A stretch of 51,681 nucleotides of DNA from a virus (Duplodnaviria > Caudoviricetes): the IMG/VR virus record IMGVR_UViG_3300042303_000360, positions 1 to 51,681 of that record; one strand, written 5' to 3'. The position numbers and the translations under genes are program-made. The number at the start of each line of letters is the position of its first letter. Within the stretch, counting starts at the first letter, position 1. Below the pieces are notes generated by a model. The model saw only the letters and a program-made list of their open reading frames with translations. It was not told where the DNA came from and ran no database searches. This document shows, piece after piece, positions 51,491 through 51,681 of the stretch.

Positions 51491-51542
51491 TGGTTGCGGG
51501 GGCCAGATTTGAACTGACGACCTTCAGGTTATGAGCCTGACG
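51491..51542 (-). tRNA. 3' fragment of initiator tRNA-Met(CAT), the attP core; not a complete tRNA
   Basis: CGTCAGG-CTCATAA-CCTGA-AGGTC-GTCAG-TTCAAAT-CTGGC-CCCCGCA-ACCA; no 5' acceptor strand or D-arm upstream. Confidence 0.88.
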
Positions 51543-51554
51543 TTTCGCTATCAT

Positions 51555-51681
51555 CTGGCTTCCCGGTTCTTCCCTAAGCCTTGATTTCCCTAGGGATGGA
51601 CCCACGGCGCTTCCCGCTGTATCCCTACAGATCCGTGGGAATTGTGGGAACGGTGTGGGAATGAAACTGACCAAGACCATC
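51555..51681 (+). repeat. Second copy of the 127-bp terminal overlap
   Basis: Identical to 1-127. Confidence 0.95.

Larger units (their letters stand above)
1..51554. mobile_element. Complete circular temperate phage genome (lambda-like head, P2-like contractile tail), probable picocyanobacterial host
   Basis: Integration, replication, recombination, packaging, head, tail and lysis genes are all present; the ends overlap exactly; no host housekeeping genes seen. Confidence 0.9.

Noticed and set aside
1-51554. Apparent abundance of GATC/CGATCG as a HIP1 host signature
   Set aside because: Could arise from ATC codon use in high-GC genes; needs an observed/expected count that I cannot run
51491-51570. 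Complete phage tRNA-Met gene
   Set aside because: The upstream sequence lacks the 5' acceptor strand and D-arm; only the attP fragment is present
51555-51681. 127-bp terminal repeat as a biological DTR or attL/attR
   Set aside because: The length equals a common assembler k-mer, it cuts through the int start, and a GpA terminase with a cos-like site predicts cohesive ends elsewhere

Overview
The window looks like one complete, circularly assembled temperate tailed-phage genome of about 51,554 bp. Bases 1-127 repeat exactly at 51555-51681, most likely as assembly overlap. It combines a lambda-type head and packaging module (cos, Nu1/GpA terminase, gpW, portal, protease-capsid fusion) with a P2-type contractile tail. 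It also has two endolysins plus a PAAR gene, a P4-like primase-helicase with an iteron origin, RecE/RecT/SSB, and a tyrosine integrase whose attP contains the 3' half of an initiator tRNA-Met. An NblA-like gene, HLR1-like boxes and several small ORFs suggest a picocyanobacterial host (inference). The most notable signals are: (1) a six-gene ParB / cupin / PAPS-reductase-like (IbrA) / ParB (IbrB) / degenerate PRTase / QueE-like cassette between cos and terS, a candidate packaging-linked DNA-modification system; (2) no recognisable CI repressor, but HLR1 (RpaB)-like tandem boxes a fixed 35-36 nt upstream of -10 hexamers at four early promoters; (3) an alphaproteobacterial-looking int/attP module; (4) a G/C skew inversion at cos that is independent of coding strand. 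All family calls are by motif recognition only; no searches were run.
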